This document shows positions 9,530 through 18,321 of a stretch of 54,048 bases of DNA, piece after piece. The stretch's first letter is position 1, and each line of letters opens with the position of its first letter. The notes beneath the pieces were generated by a model. That model was not told where the DNA came from and did no database searches. It saw only the letters and a program-made list of their open reading frames with translations. The position numbers and the translations under genes were made by a program. Source of the stretch: Candidatus Planktophila sp. (GTDB taxonomy: Bacteria; Actinomycetota; Actinomycetes; Nanopelagicales; Nanopelagicaceae); NCBI GenBank assembly GCA_036734125.1, contig DAIMZE010000001.1, forward strand, positions 1 through 54,048, read 5' to 3'.

Positions 9530-10793
9530 GCCCCTCGTTTTACTGTTGGCTTTAGTTGCAATTTCTCCGCCGCAAGCCTCTGCCGTCGATGTGCCAACCG
9601 AATTTGCAATAACCGGTGCTGGTTATGGCCACGGAGTAGGACTGAGCCAAATTGGAGCACGTTCCAAAGCGCTTGCTGGTGAAACTTCAACTGCGATCCT
9701 TAATTACTATTACAAAGATGTAGTTATTCAGCCGCTAGATGACTCAAAGATTCTGCGAGTAAATATCGGCCATCTCTTGAGTACTGCAAGGATTGCAACA
9801 GGAACTCCTGACGCAACGCTTCAAATCTTCAGCGGTGATATTGGAGACGCACAAGATGTTGCACCTCTTGCAATTGTTCCGGTAAAGAGTTCACTTAACT
9901 TTTCCATTTTGGGTTCAACCGTTGTTCCAAGTGTTGTTGTCGGCAAAAAAACCACAAGTTTGCCAAGAAACAGAATCTTCACTGTTCGATGGAGTGGAAC
10001 TCGTTACTTGCCAGGTGTTGAAGGAGTAGTTTCACTTACTCATTCAACGGTTACGACTAGGTATCGTTATGGCCAAATGCAATTCAGAGCGGTAAAAGCT
10101 TCAACTTTGGGTTACCGACTAGAAATTACTAACTCTGTTCGTTTGGCAGATGAGTATTTGTGGGGGATTAGTGAAGTCCCTTCTTCATGGCCAACAGCGG
10201 CCTTAGAAGCGCAAGCAATTGCCTCGCGCACATACGCCCTGAACAAAGCTGGAATCTACCGAGCAGCCTGTGATTGCGATCTATATGGTGAAATATCAGA
10301 CCAAAAGTTTCTGGGTTTCGCCAAAGAAACAGAGAAAAACTGGGGCAAGTTTTGGAAAACTGCGGTCACTAGTACTGCAGGTTTAACCCTGACCCAAAAC
10401 AACCTGCCCATTGCTGCTTACTTTTCAAGTTCTACCGGGGGTTTAACGGAAACCGCCTTAAATGCGTGGGGAAGTGAACGAACGTATACCCAGATAATTG
10501 CAGACCCGGGAAGCCAGGATGCAAAACTGAATCCAAATTTCTTTAGTTGGAAGCGATCAATCCCTCAAGCCTCAGTTGCCCTTGCTTTTGCTTTGCCTGA
10601 TGTAGTTACTCTAGAAATTGTCTCGAAAAACTTAAGCGGAACTGTTGCAACAATTAGAGCAACATCTAGTACTGGAATACAAAAAAGTCTACGGGGCGAA
10701 ACTTTTAGAAGTCGAACAAGAATTCCATCTGCCTACTTTGATTTAGTTGGCGTGCAGAACGCTGTTGAGCCCACCCCAAGTCCCAGTCCTTAA
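9516..10793 (+). CDS. SpoIID/LytB domain secreted protein (putative lytic transglycosylase)
   Basis: Signal peptide, [38 protein letters not shown]. Confidence 0.85.
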   Translation: MRMFKPLVLLLALVAISPPQASAVDVPTEFAITGAGYGHGVGLSQIGARSKALAGETSTAILNYYYKDVVIQPLDDSKILRVNIGHLLSTARIATGTPDATLQIFSGDIGDAQDVAPLAIVPVKSSLNFSILGSTVVPSVVVGKKTTSLPRNRIFTVRWSGTRYLPGVEGVVSLTHSTVTTRYRYGQMQFRAVKASTLGYRLEITNSVRLADEYLWGISEVPSSWPTAALEAQAIASRTYALNKAGIYRAACDCDLYGEISDQKFLGFAKETEKNWGKFWKTAVTSTAGLTLTQNNLPIAAYFSSSTGGLTETALNAWGSERTYTQIIADPGSQDAKLNPNFFSWKRSIPQASVALAFALPDVVTLEIVSKNLSGTVATIRATSSTGIQKSLRGETFRSRTRIPSAYFDLVGVQNAVEPTPSPSP

Positions 10794-11660
10794 AACAACT
10801 TCAAGCCCACCATCTAGCGAATTTCTGCGGAACAATAGATTGCTTGCCCCAGAAAGAGTTCCGGCTTTTACTATCTCACCATCAGGTAGTTTCACTTTTG
10901 CTGCAGCGGTAATGTAAGTACCAGCTTCGATTACACAGTTATTACCCAGCGAAATACCCAAACCTGAATTTGCACCCAATAAACACTTTTCACCAATTGA
11001 AATAACTTCTTTACCGCCACCGCTGAGTGTTCCCATAATTGATGCACCACCACCAACATCGGTACCATCTCCAACAATCACGCCAGCTGAAATTCTTCCT
11101 TCAACCATTGAAGTTCCAAGAGTTCCGGCATTGAAGTTTACAAAACCTTCATGCATAACCGTGGTACCTGAAGCTAAGTGCGCACCTAGTCGAACTCGAT
11201 CGGCATCAGCAATTCGAACACCAGATGGAACTACATAATCAACCATTCGTGGAAACTTATCGACGCCGTAAACACTGACATGCCCGTGTGCTGCCTTTAA
11301 TCGTGCACGAGTAATTTCGAAATCTTCAACTGCGCATGGACCAACAGATGTCCAAACTACATTGCTCAAGATTCCAAATACGCCATCAAGTGCTAGCCCG
11401 TGTGGCTTCACTAGTCGGTGCGATAGAAGATGTAAACGCAAATAAGCATCGGCTGCATTGGCTGGTGCTTTTGAAATATCAATTTCAATACTTACTACTT
11501 CACGTGAAACTCCACGAGCAACATCGTTGCCAACAAGTGCGGTTAGCTCTGCGGGAACTGAACCTGAAAGTTGTGACAAGGCAGGGGATGGAAACCAAAC
11601 ATCAAGGGTTACGCCCTTGGCGATAGTTGCGATTCCGTGGCCAGATGCGATGGTCGTCAT
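10743..11660 (-). CDS. dapD: Tetrahydrodipicolinate N-succinyltransferase
   Basis: [36 protein letters not shown]. Confidence 0.95.
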   Translation of the reverse strand: MTTIASGHGIATIAKGVTLDVWFPSPALSQLSGSVPAELTALVGNDVARGVSREVVSIEIDISKAPANAADAYLRLHLLSHRLVKPHGLALDGVFGILSNVVWTSVGPCAVEDFEITRARLKAAHGHVSVYGVDKFPRMVDYVVPSGVRIADADRVRLGAHLASGTTVMHEGFVNFNAGTLGTSMVEGRISAGVIVGDGTDVGGGASIMGTLSGGGKEVISIGEKCLLGANSGLGISLGNNCVIEAGTYITAAAKVKLPDGEIVKAGTLSGASNLLFRRNSLDGGLEVVLRTGTWGGLNSVLHAN

Positions 11661-11690
11661 GTGCCAAGCCTAGCCTCTATTGTTAGCCGC

Positions 11691-12224
11691 ATGCGTATTG
11701 CCGTCTTTTGTTCATCCTCACCCACGATTGATAACAAGTATGTAGACCTTGCTTACGAGTTGGGAAAGGGAATTGCTACCTCTTCTAATGAGTTAGTCAC
11801 TGGCGGTGGACACATTTCGATGATGGGCGCAGTCTCTAGGGGAGCGCGTGATGCTGGAGGCAAGACAATCGGCGTGATTCCGCAAGCTTTGGTCGATATC
11901 GAATTTGCTGATCATGACAATGATGAATTGCATGTTGTCGAAACTATGGGACAGCGAAAGCACATGATCACCGACATTTCAGATGCATTCGTGACGTTAC
12001 CCGGAGGCGCTGGAACGCTTGAAGAGTTTTTTGAGATTTGGGTAGGTCATTATTTAAAGTTTCATTCAAAGCCCGTTGTAATTCTAGATCCCTTTGGAAT
12101 ATACGCACCTTTGCATGAATTAATTGTGCACTTAGAAGATGAGAAATTCATTAAGCCAGGAATGCGTGAAATTGTTCAATGGACAACAACAGTCGACGAA
12201 GCATTGCGAGCATGCCAAGCATGA
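11691..12224 (+). CDS. LOG family nucleotide phosphoribohydrolase (TIGR00730-like)
   Basis: PGGAGTLEE motif, GGG..SMMGAV. Confidence 0.9.
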   Translation: MRIAVFCSSSPTIDNKYVDLAYELGKGIATSSNELVTGGGHISMMGAVSRGARDAGGKTIGVIPQALVDIEFADHDNDELHVVETMGQRKHMITDISDAFVTLPGGAGTLEEFFEIWVGHYLKFHSKPVVILDPFGIYAPLHELIVHLEDEKFIKPGMREIVQWTTTVDEALRACQA

Positions 12225-12655
12225 GAAGTAATCACATCGCAATGAGCCTTGTCATTGATGTTCCAATTGAAAAAGTTTGGGCAGCACTTGCTGATTGGGA
12301 ATCACAAAGTGAATGGATGCTTCAAACAACTGTTGAAGTCACATCTGATATTCGTTCCGGCGTTGGAACATCGATTGCAGCTTTCACCGGAATTGGAAAA
12401 TTGGGAATTATGGATCACATGACCGTGACTTCATGGAATCCACCAACTGTGTGCGATGTTGTTCATACTGGAAAAATTATTAAAGGAACCGGTCGCTTTG
12501 AATTAACTGCGCTCACGCCACAGTCCACACGGTTTGATTGGTCAGAAGAAATTCTCGCTCCGCGAGCGCTATTCCTTCTCATTGCACCAGGCTTGTACGT
12601 AGGAGTACGCATCTCACTGTCGGCCTTACGCCGTCAGTTGCAGCAAAGCAAGTAA
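12221..12655 (+). CDS. SRPBCC/START family protein
   Basis: IDVPIEKVWAAL.DW...EW pattern; ATGA overlap with LOG gene. Confidence 0.75.
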   Translation: MRSNHIAMSLVIDVPIEKVWAALADWESQSEWMLQTTVEVTSDIRSGVGTSIAAFTGIGKLGIMDHMTVTSWNPPTVCDVVHTGKIIKGTGRFELTALTPQSTRFDWSEEILAPRALFLLIAPGLYVGVRISLSALRRQLQQSK

Positions 12656-12664
12656 AGTTGCCCC

Positions 12665-12859
12665 ATGGGCAAGCAACCGCAATCACTGGCGCAAGCCCTT
12701 GCCTCTTTACCCGAAGAAGAACGAATCATCTTGACCATGCATTATCTGAAGTCGATGAGCGCCGCGGATATCGCATCAATTCTCGGAGTTCCAGAGAGGT
12801 CTGTAGAGGCAATAATTCGCCAAGGCAAAGCCCGGTTGAGCGCGATATTGGGCATGTAG
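12665..12859 (+). CDS. Stand-alone sigma-70 region 4 HTH microprotein (64 aa)
   Basis: LAQALASLPEEERIILTMHY...S..DIASILGV is a region-4 pattern; TAAAGT -10 element 6 nt upstream of ATG. Confidence 0.75.
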   Translation: MGKQPQSLAQALASLPEEERIILTMHYLKSMSAADIASILGVPERSVEAIIRQGKARLSAILGM

Positions 12860-12952
12860 CCCACACCCAAATTCGCACTAAGGCTCAATCTGAGAGATAC
12901 TTACCCCCTTGCTTTACACATAGCGGTACCAACGATTTAGAGGAGTCTCCAC

Positions 12953-13132
12953 ATGGCAGCCATGAAACCCCGCACTGGTGATGGTCCAATGGAGGTTACA
13001 AAGGAAGCTCGCTCGCTAGTAATGCGAATCCCTCTAGAAGGTGGCGGCCGCTTGGTTGTCGAAATGAACGCCGAAGAAGCAAACAACCTCAGCGCAGCTC
13101 TTCACGCAGCTGTCGCTCTGGTTAAGAAGTAA
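12953..13132 (+). CDS. DUF3117 family protein (Rv1211-like), 59 aa, missed by the ORF track
   Basis: Hand translation MAAMKPRTGDGPMEVTKEARSLVMRIPLEGGGRLVVEM...; AGGAG RBS. Confidence 0.92.
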   Translation: MAAMKPRTGDGPMEVTKEARSLVMRIPLEGGGRLVVEMNAEEANNLSAALHAAVALVKK

Positions 13133-13163
13133 TTTACTTTTAAAGGCACTAGCCTTACCAATC

Positions 13164-14642
13164 ATGTCAGCGCTACCTCAGTACGCACCCTTTGAGATTT
13201 CAAAGGCTGTTAGTGCTCATGCCATCGCTTTGGGATTCACCAAGAATACTGATGGCAATTTTGAATTTGTTTCCCCACTTGCATCTCAGATTGAGAAGTT
13301 TTTCGGTCTCAATCTTGTTGATGAGTTAACTTTTTTCACACCAACTGGCAAAGCTGGGGATCTCTTTGAGATTCCTGTAAGCGCTGAAGATTCACAAACC
13401 GATCGATTATTCCTAGTATCAGTTGGAGACCAAAGCGGTTCGTCAGCGCGTGCAGCAGGAGCGGCCGTCGGTCGCAAAGTACGCGGAAAGAGCACAACAG
13501 TATTTTCAGCATGTGTTGTTTCAGAGATTAAGTCTTTTGCAATTTCTGTTTCACTGGGAGCTTGGGTCTGGAATCTAAAGACAGACAAGAAAAAAGAAGA
13601 GCCAACGATTTATGTTGCAAGTAAAGATGCGCAAGAAGTTAAAGATGCAGCGTCAATTGCACGTGCGGTCTGCAGAACTCGCGACTTGATTCATACTCCG
13701 GCAAACATCAAGACTCCAGCCTGGATGGGTAAGCAAGCAGAAGAATTTTCAAAGGGAACTGGACTGACGGTTAAGATATTTGCTGGCGCAGCGCTGAAAG
13801 AGTTTGGTGGCTTACGCGCAGTGGGTGGTTCATCTCCGAAGCCAGGACCGCGAATGATTCAAGTTACGTATCAACCAAAATCAAAGAAGAAGTCGATCAA
13901 AGCTTTGCCCCATGTTGTTTTAGTAGGCAAAGGAATCACTTTTGATACGGGGGGAGTTTCACTCAAGCGCCCCTACGACACGATGATGGCGATGAAGAGC
14001 GATATGGCCGGGTCGGCTGCAATTCTTGGAACTCTCACTGCCCTTGAAGAATTACAACCAAATGTGCAAGTAACTGCGTTAATGATGATGGCTGAAAATG
14101 CTATCTCTGGCACGGCTCAACGCCCAAGTGATGTCATTAAACATTACGGTGGAACAACTGTTGAAGTGATCAACACCGATGCCGAAGGACGGTTAGTTTT
14201 GGCTGATGGTTTGGCATTCGCAGATGCGCATCTAGATCCAGATTATTTAGTTGATATCGCAACACTTACCGGCGCGGCTACTCTTGGTTTAGGCCGCCAA
14301 TATGCCGCGATGTATACGCGTGACAATGCTTTAGCTGCTGCGCTATCAAAAGCAGGCGAAGCATCAGGTGATCGTGTCTGGCACATGCCACTAGTTGATG
14401 ATTACAAGGAAGCTTTACGAAGTGACATTGCAGATCTCAATCACACCGCGGACAAAGGTAAATTCTCTGCCGGCTCAGTGACCGCTGCCTTGTTCTTGGA
14501 AAATTTCACATCAACTAGACGTTGGGTGCACTTAGATATTGCAGGAACTGCTCGTAGCGAAGTTGATGCAGGTGAAAACTCTAAGGGCGGAACTGGATTT
14601 GGAGTTCGACTTCTTACACAGTGGATTACTTCACTGTCATGA
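13164..14642 (+). CDS. pepA: Leucyl aminopeptidase (M17)
   Basis: GKGITFDTGG, MKSDMAG, NTDAEGRL, DIATLTGA. Confidence 0.93.
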   Translation: MSALPQYAPFEISKAVSAHAIALGFTKNTDGNFEFVSPLASQIEKFFGLNLVDELTFFTPTGKAGDLFEIPVSAEDSQTDRLFLVSVGDQSGSSARAAGAAVGRKVRGKSTTVFSACVVSEIKSFAISVSLGAWVWNLKTDKKKEEPTIYVASKDAQEVKDAASIARAVCRTRDLIHTPANIKTPAWMGKQAEEFSKGTGLTVKIFAGAALKEFGGLRAVGGSSPKPGPRMIQVTYQPKSKKKSIKALPHVVLVGKGITFDTGGVSLKRPYDTMMAMKSDMAGSAAILGTLTALEELQPNVQVTALMMMAENAISGTAQRPSDVIKHYGGTTVEVINTDAEGRLVLADGLAFADAHLDPDYLVDIATLTGAATLGLGRQYAAMYTRDNALAAALSKAGEASGDRVWHMPLVDDYKEALRSDIADLNHTADKGKFSAGSVTAALFLENFTSTRRWVHLDIAGTARSEVDAGENSKGGTGFGVRLLTQWITSLS

Positions 14643-15265
14643 GAGTAGATCCGCACACCTTTGCCGAAAACTTCATTCCTGAAGATCATTTCAAAACACA
14701 AGCACGTGCCCGTGGCGTCGAATTAGGAACGGTAGACACAACACCAGGTGCTGGTGCATTTTTAAAGTTCCTAGCCTCTACTTTAAAGGCACAATCAGTT
14801 GTTGAAGTTGGTACAGGTTCGGGTGTTGGAAGCTTGTGGTTATTTGATGGAATGCTTCCAAGCGGAACTTTGACTTCGATAGATGATGAGATGGAGCATT
14901 CACAGATTGCTAAACAGGCTTTCACAGATGCAGATATTGCAGCAAGCCGTTATCGCTTGATTACTAACTCTGTACTCGAAGTAATTTCAAAGCTCACCGA
15001 TCGTGCCTACGACTTAGTTGTAGTTCGGCATAACCCCGAGGATTTGGGGTACGTCATCAACGAAGCGCATCGAATTCTGCGAAGTGGCGGGGCGTTGGTA
15101 ATTGATCATTATTACGGTGGCGGAAAAGTCTGTGATGCAGCCCAGCGCGATCCACGCACTGTTGCCCTTCGGGACACTGGGAAAATCATCAAAAATGACA
15201 CTGATCATTGGGTGAGTTCTTTGGTCCCAGTCGGTGATGGATTACTGCTCGCAACGAAGTTGTAG
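14639..15265 (+). CDS. O-methyltransferase (Rv1220c-like)
   Basis: VEVGTGSG SAM-binding motif, PVGDGLL C-terminus, synteny with htrA-tatB. Confidence 0.85.
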   Translation: MRVDPHTFAENFIPEDHFKTQARARGVELGTVDTTPGAGAFLKFLASTLKAQSVVEVGTGSGVGSLWLFDGMLPSGTLTSIDDEMEHSQIAKQAFTDADIAASRYRLITNSVLEVISKLTDRAYDLVVVRHNPEDLGYVINEAHRILRSGGALVIDHYYGGGKVCDAAQRDPRTVALRDTGKIIKNDTDHWVSSLVPVGDGLLLATKL

Positions 15266-15277
15266 CAAAATAGCGCC

Positions 15278-16399
15278 ATGATCTTTCCTCGTAAAAAAGT
15301 AGTCCCTGTTGCAGCCCCGTGGTGGCAAGCAAAACCTTCTTCTAAAAATTCAAAGGGCTCACTTGCATTAATTGCAGTGTTAGCCGGAGGCGTTGGCGGA
15401 ATTTTGGGTGTCAATGCTTCAGGTGCGTCACTGTTTAATCGAGTTAATCTTGTCTCATCTACCAGCACCATTGAACGCGCACCAGATTCAGTTGCTGGTA
15501 CTGCGCAAAGAGTTTTACCTTCTGTCGTTTCGATTCAAACTCGTTCGCTGACAGGTGGCGGAACAGGATCAGGCTTCTTCATCGATAGCGATGGATACAT
15601 TTTGACTAATAACCACGTCATTAGTTCTGCAGCGCAATCGGGCGGAAGTATTCGAGTCAAGCTCAATGACGGACGAACTTTCTCGGCAAAAGTTGTTGGG
15701 CGAGATGCTTCTTATGATTTAGCAGTTTTGAAGATTGCTGCATCTGGTTTAAAGGCGCTGCAATTTGGCGATAGCGATCTAGTTGCAGTCGGAGACTCTG
15801 TCATTGCAATTGGCTCACCACTTGGTTTATCTGGAACAGTTACAACTGGAATTATTAGCGCAAAGAACCGTCCGGTAACTGCCGGTGATTCTTCAAGTGA
15901 AAGCTCTTTCATTAATGCTCTACAAACTGATGCTGCTATCAATCCAGGAAATTCTGGTGGACCACTTGTTGATTCAACAGGGGCAGTCATCGGAGTTAAC
16001 TCAGCGATTGCATCTTTAGGATCAGATCTTCGGGTTGGTTCAATTGGTCTTGGTTTTGCTATTCCAATTAATCAGGCGCGCAAAACTGCAGATCAACTCA
16101 TTAAAAATGGCGTTGCAACATATCCAGTGATTGGAATTTCCTTGGATATGAATTACGCGGGTGAAGGCGCACAAGTTGCCACTTCTGGCCGTGGAATCTT
16201 GCCTGGTAGCCCTGCTGAAAAAGCAGGCTTGCGCGGTGGAGACATCGTTATTGCACTGGATGGAAAGCCAATTAATGCCCCAGAAGAGCTCATTGTTAGC
16301 GTTCGATCAAAGAACGTTGGTGATGTTGTCACTGTGACTTATAAGCGCAACGGTGTTGAAAAAACTGTTTCTATAACTCTGATCGCGGCCAAGAAGTAA
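15278..16399 (+). CDS. htrA: HtrA/DegP-like serine protease with PDZ domain
   Basis: TNNHV, DLAVL, NPGNSGG triad motifs; N-terminal TM; C-terminal PDZ. Confidence 0.92.
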   Translation: MIFPRKKVVPVAAPWWQAKPSSKNSKGSLALIAVLAGGVGGILGVNASGASLFNRVNLVSSTSTIERAPDSVAGTAQRVLPSVVSIQTRSLTGGGTGSGFFIDSDGYILTNNHVISSAAQSGGSIRVKLNDGRTFSAKVVGRDASYDLAVLKIAASGLKALQFGDSDLVAVGDSVIAIGSPLGLSGTVTTGIISAKNRPVTAGDSSSESSFINALQTDAAINPGNSGGPLVDSTGAVIGVNSAIASLGSDLRVGSIGLGFAIPINQARKTADQLIKNGVATYPVIGISLDMNYAGEGAQVATSGRGILPGSPAEKAGLRGGDIVIALDGKPINAPEELIVSVRSKNVGDVVTVTYKRNGVEKTVSITLIAAKK

Positions 16400-16417
16400 T
16401 TGGCGTAGGCTACAGAA

Positions 16418-16726
16418 ATGTTCTTTGATCTGGGTGCAGGTGAGCTTTTGGGCCTTGCAATACTTGCGATGCTGCTTGTCGGACCAGAGCGCCTGCCAAA
16501 AATTGCAGTCGATGCTGCGCAGTGGGTCAAGAAACTTCGCGGTTTAGCAAATAAGGCAACCACAGAGCTAAGAGACAACCTGGGGCCTGGGTTTGAAGAC
16601 TTGCAACCTAAGGATTTAAATCCAAAGACTTTTGTAAAGAAGCAGATTTCAGATTTATTAGATGAAGAAACCGCTAAGCCAAAGGTCAAGAAACCTGCAG
16701 CAATGATTGATCCAGATTTACTATGA
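16418..16726 (+). CDS. tatB: Sec-independent translocase TatB
   Basis: FDLG.GELL, GPERLP, DLNPKTFV; htrA-tatB-mrp synteny. Confidence 0.9.
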   Translation: MFFDLGAGELLGLAILAMLLVGPERLPKIAVDAAQWVKKLRGLANKATTELRDNLGPGFEDLQPKDLNPKTFVKKQISDLLDEETAKPKVKKPAAMIDPDLL

Positions 16727-17844
16727 CCCTTCTGGAACTAGTTACCGATGCGCTTTCAAAGGTTAATGATCCAGAGCTTCGCCATCCAATTACTGAACTT
16801 GGAATGATTGAAGATCTTTCTGAGGTCAGTGGTTCCGTCTCATTAAAAGTTTTGCTCACCATCGCAGCTTGTCCAATGCAAGATCGGTTACGTACCGATA
16901 TCTCTAACGCTGTAACAAGTGTTGAAGGCGTCAAGAGTGTGGATCTTGTTTTCGGAGTAATGAATGAAGAGCAACGAAACTTTGTGAAGAAAGTTGTACG
17001 TGGCGGACGAGAAAAATTCATTCCATTTGCACAACCTGATTCACTCACACGCGTTATTGGTATTGCATCTGGAAAAGGTGGCGTCGGAAAGTCATCAGTT
17101 ACCGCCAACCTTGCCGTTGCAATGGCCAAGAACGGTTTGAATGTTGGAATTTTGGATGCCGATGTTTATGGTCACTCAATCCCGCGTCTTATGGGTCTGA
17201 TGGGACAGCGACCAACAGCAATTGATCAGATGTTTATTCCACTCGAGTCTTATGGCGTAAAGACTGTTTCCATGGAAATGTTTAAGCCAGAACGCTCAGA
17301 TCCTGTGGCATATCGAGGTCCTTTACTTCACCGTGTGCTGGAGCAGCTCCTATCTGATGCCTATTGGGGGGATTTGGATGTTCTGCTTATTGATTTGCCG
17401 CCAGGCACCGGAGATTTAGCTATCTCTTTGGGGCAATTGATTCCGACTTCAGAAATTGTTGTTGTAACAACTCCTCAAATAGCTGCAGCAGAGGTTGCTG
17501 AACGTGCAGGACGTATTGCACATCAAATCCATCAACATGTCATCGGTGTAATTGAAAACATGTCAGCATTTCCTTGCCCAAATTGCAGTGACACTATTTC
17601 CTTATTCGGAGAAGGCGGGGGAGACGAGACATCTCGTCGTTTGTCACAACTTGTTGGTATTGATGTACCGCTACTTGGAAAGATTCCGTTTAGTCCAGCG
17701 CTACGCACGGGTGGAGATGATGGTGCACCGATTGTGGATGCTGATCCAACATCACCTGCAGCAATTGCTATTTCAGAGGTTGCTGAAAAGCTAATGAAAC
17801 GCAGTAAGTCTTTACTTGGAGTCCGATTGGGTGTCTCGACGTAG
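16723..17844 (+). CDS. mrp: Mrp/NBP35 Fe-S cluster carrier ATPase
   Basis: DPEL N-domain, SGKGGVGKS, DLPPGTGD, ENMS..CPNC. Confidence 0.93.
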   Translation: MTLLELVTDALSKVNDPELRHPITELGMIEDLSEVSGSVSLKVLLTIAACPMQDRLRTDISNAVTSVEGVKSVDLVFGVMNEEQRNFVKKVVRGGREKFIPFAQPDSLTRVIGIASGKGGVGKSSVTANLAVAMAKNGLNVGILDADVYGHSIPRLMGLMGQRPTAIDQMFIPLESYGVKTVSMEMFKPERSDPVAYRGPLLHRVLEQLLSDAYWGDLDVLLIDLPPGTGDLAISLGQLIPTSEIVVVTTPQIAAAEVAERAGRIAHQIHQHVIGVIENMSAFPCPNCSDTISLFGEGGGDETSRRLSQLVGIDVPLLGKIPFSPALRTGGDDGAPIVDADPTSPAAIAISEVAEKLMKRSKSLLGVRLGVST

Positions 17845-18309
17845 CTCTTTAGCTAATTCATCAACAAGGTCGGCCAGTTCAGCTCGAACAAAATCACGCG
17901 TTGCAACTTCGCCCAGCGAGTTACGCAAAGCCGCAAGTTCGCGAGTTAAGTATTCAGTATCTGCAATAGATCGTTCATTTTGTGCACGATCTTCATTCAG
18001 CGCAATGCGATCACGATCTGCTTGGCGATTTTGTGCAAGAAGAATTAACGGTGCCGCATACGATGCCTGCATCGACAAAATCAAGGTCAAGAAAATGAAT
18101 GGATAGTCATCAAATCTTAATTCAGCAGGTGCAACAAAGTTCCAGATGATCCAGAAAGCAATGAAGACCGTCATGTACACAAGAAAACGTGCAGTGCCTA
18201 AGAATCGTGCGAAACGTTCGGACATGCGACCAAATGCTTCAGGATCATAATTTGGTCGAATCGAACGACGAGTCTCGCGTGGAGTGTCTAAGCCATTGTT
18301 ACGTGCCAT
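17812..18309 (-). CDS. DUF1003 membrane protein
   Basis: FDDYPFIFLTL.LS.QASYAAPLILLAQNRQ. Confidence 0.9.
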   Translation of the reverse strand: MARNNGLDTPRETRRSIRPNYDPEAFGRMSERFARFLGTARFLVYMTVFIAFWIIWNFVAPAELRFDDYPFIFLTLILSMQASYAAPLILLAQNRQADRDRIALNEDRAQNERSIADTEYLTRELAALRNSLGEVATRDFVRAELADLVDELAKELRRDTQSDSK

Positions 18310-18321
18310 CTTTAACCCTCC

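Noticed and set aside
12538..12981. 147-aa ORF spanning the sigma-4 gene, and the many other antisense or shadow ORFs such as 4493-5026 and 33340-33834
   Set aside because: They overlap well-supported genes in other frames and show no recognisable motifs
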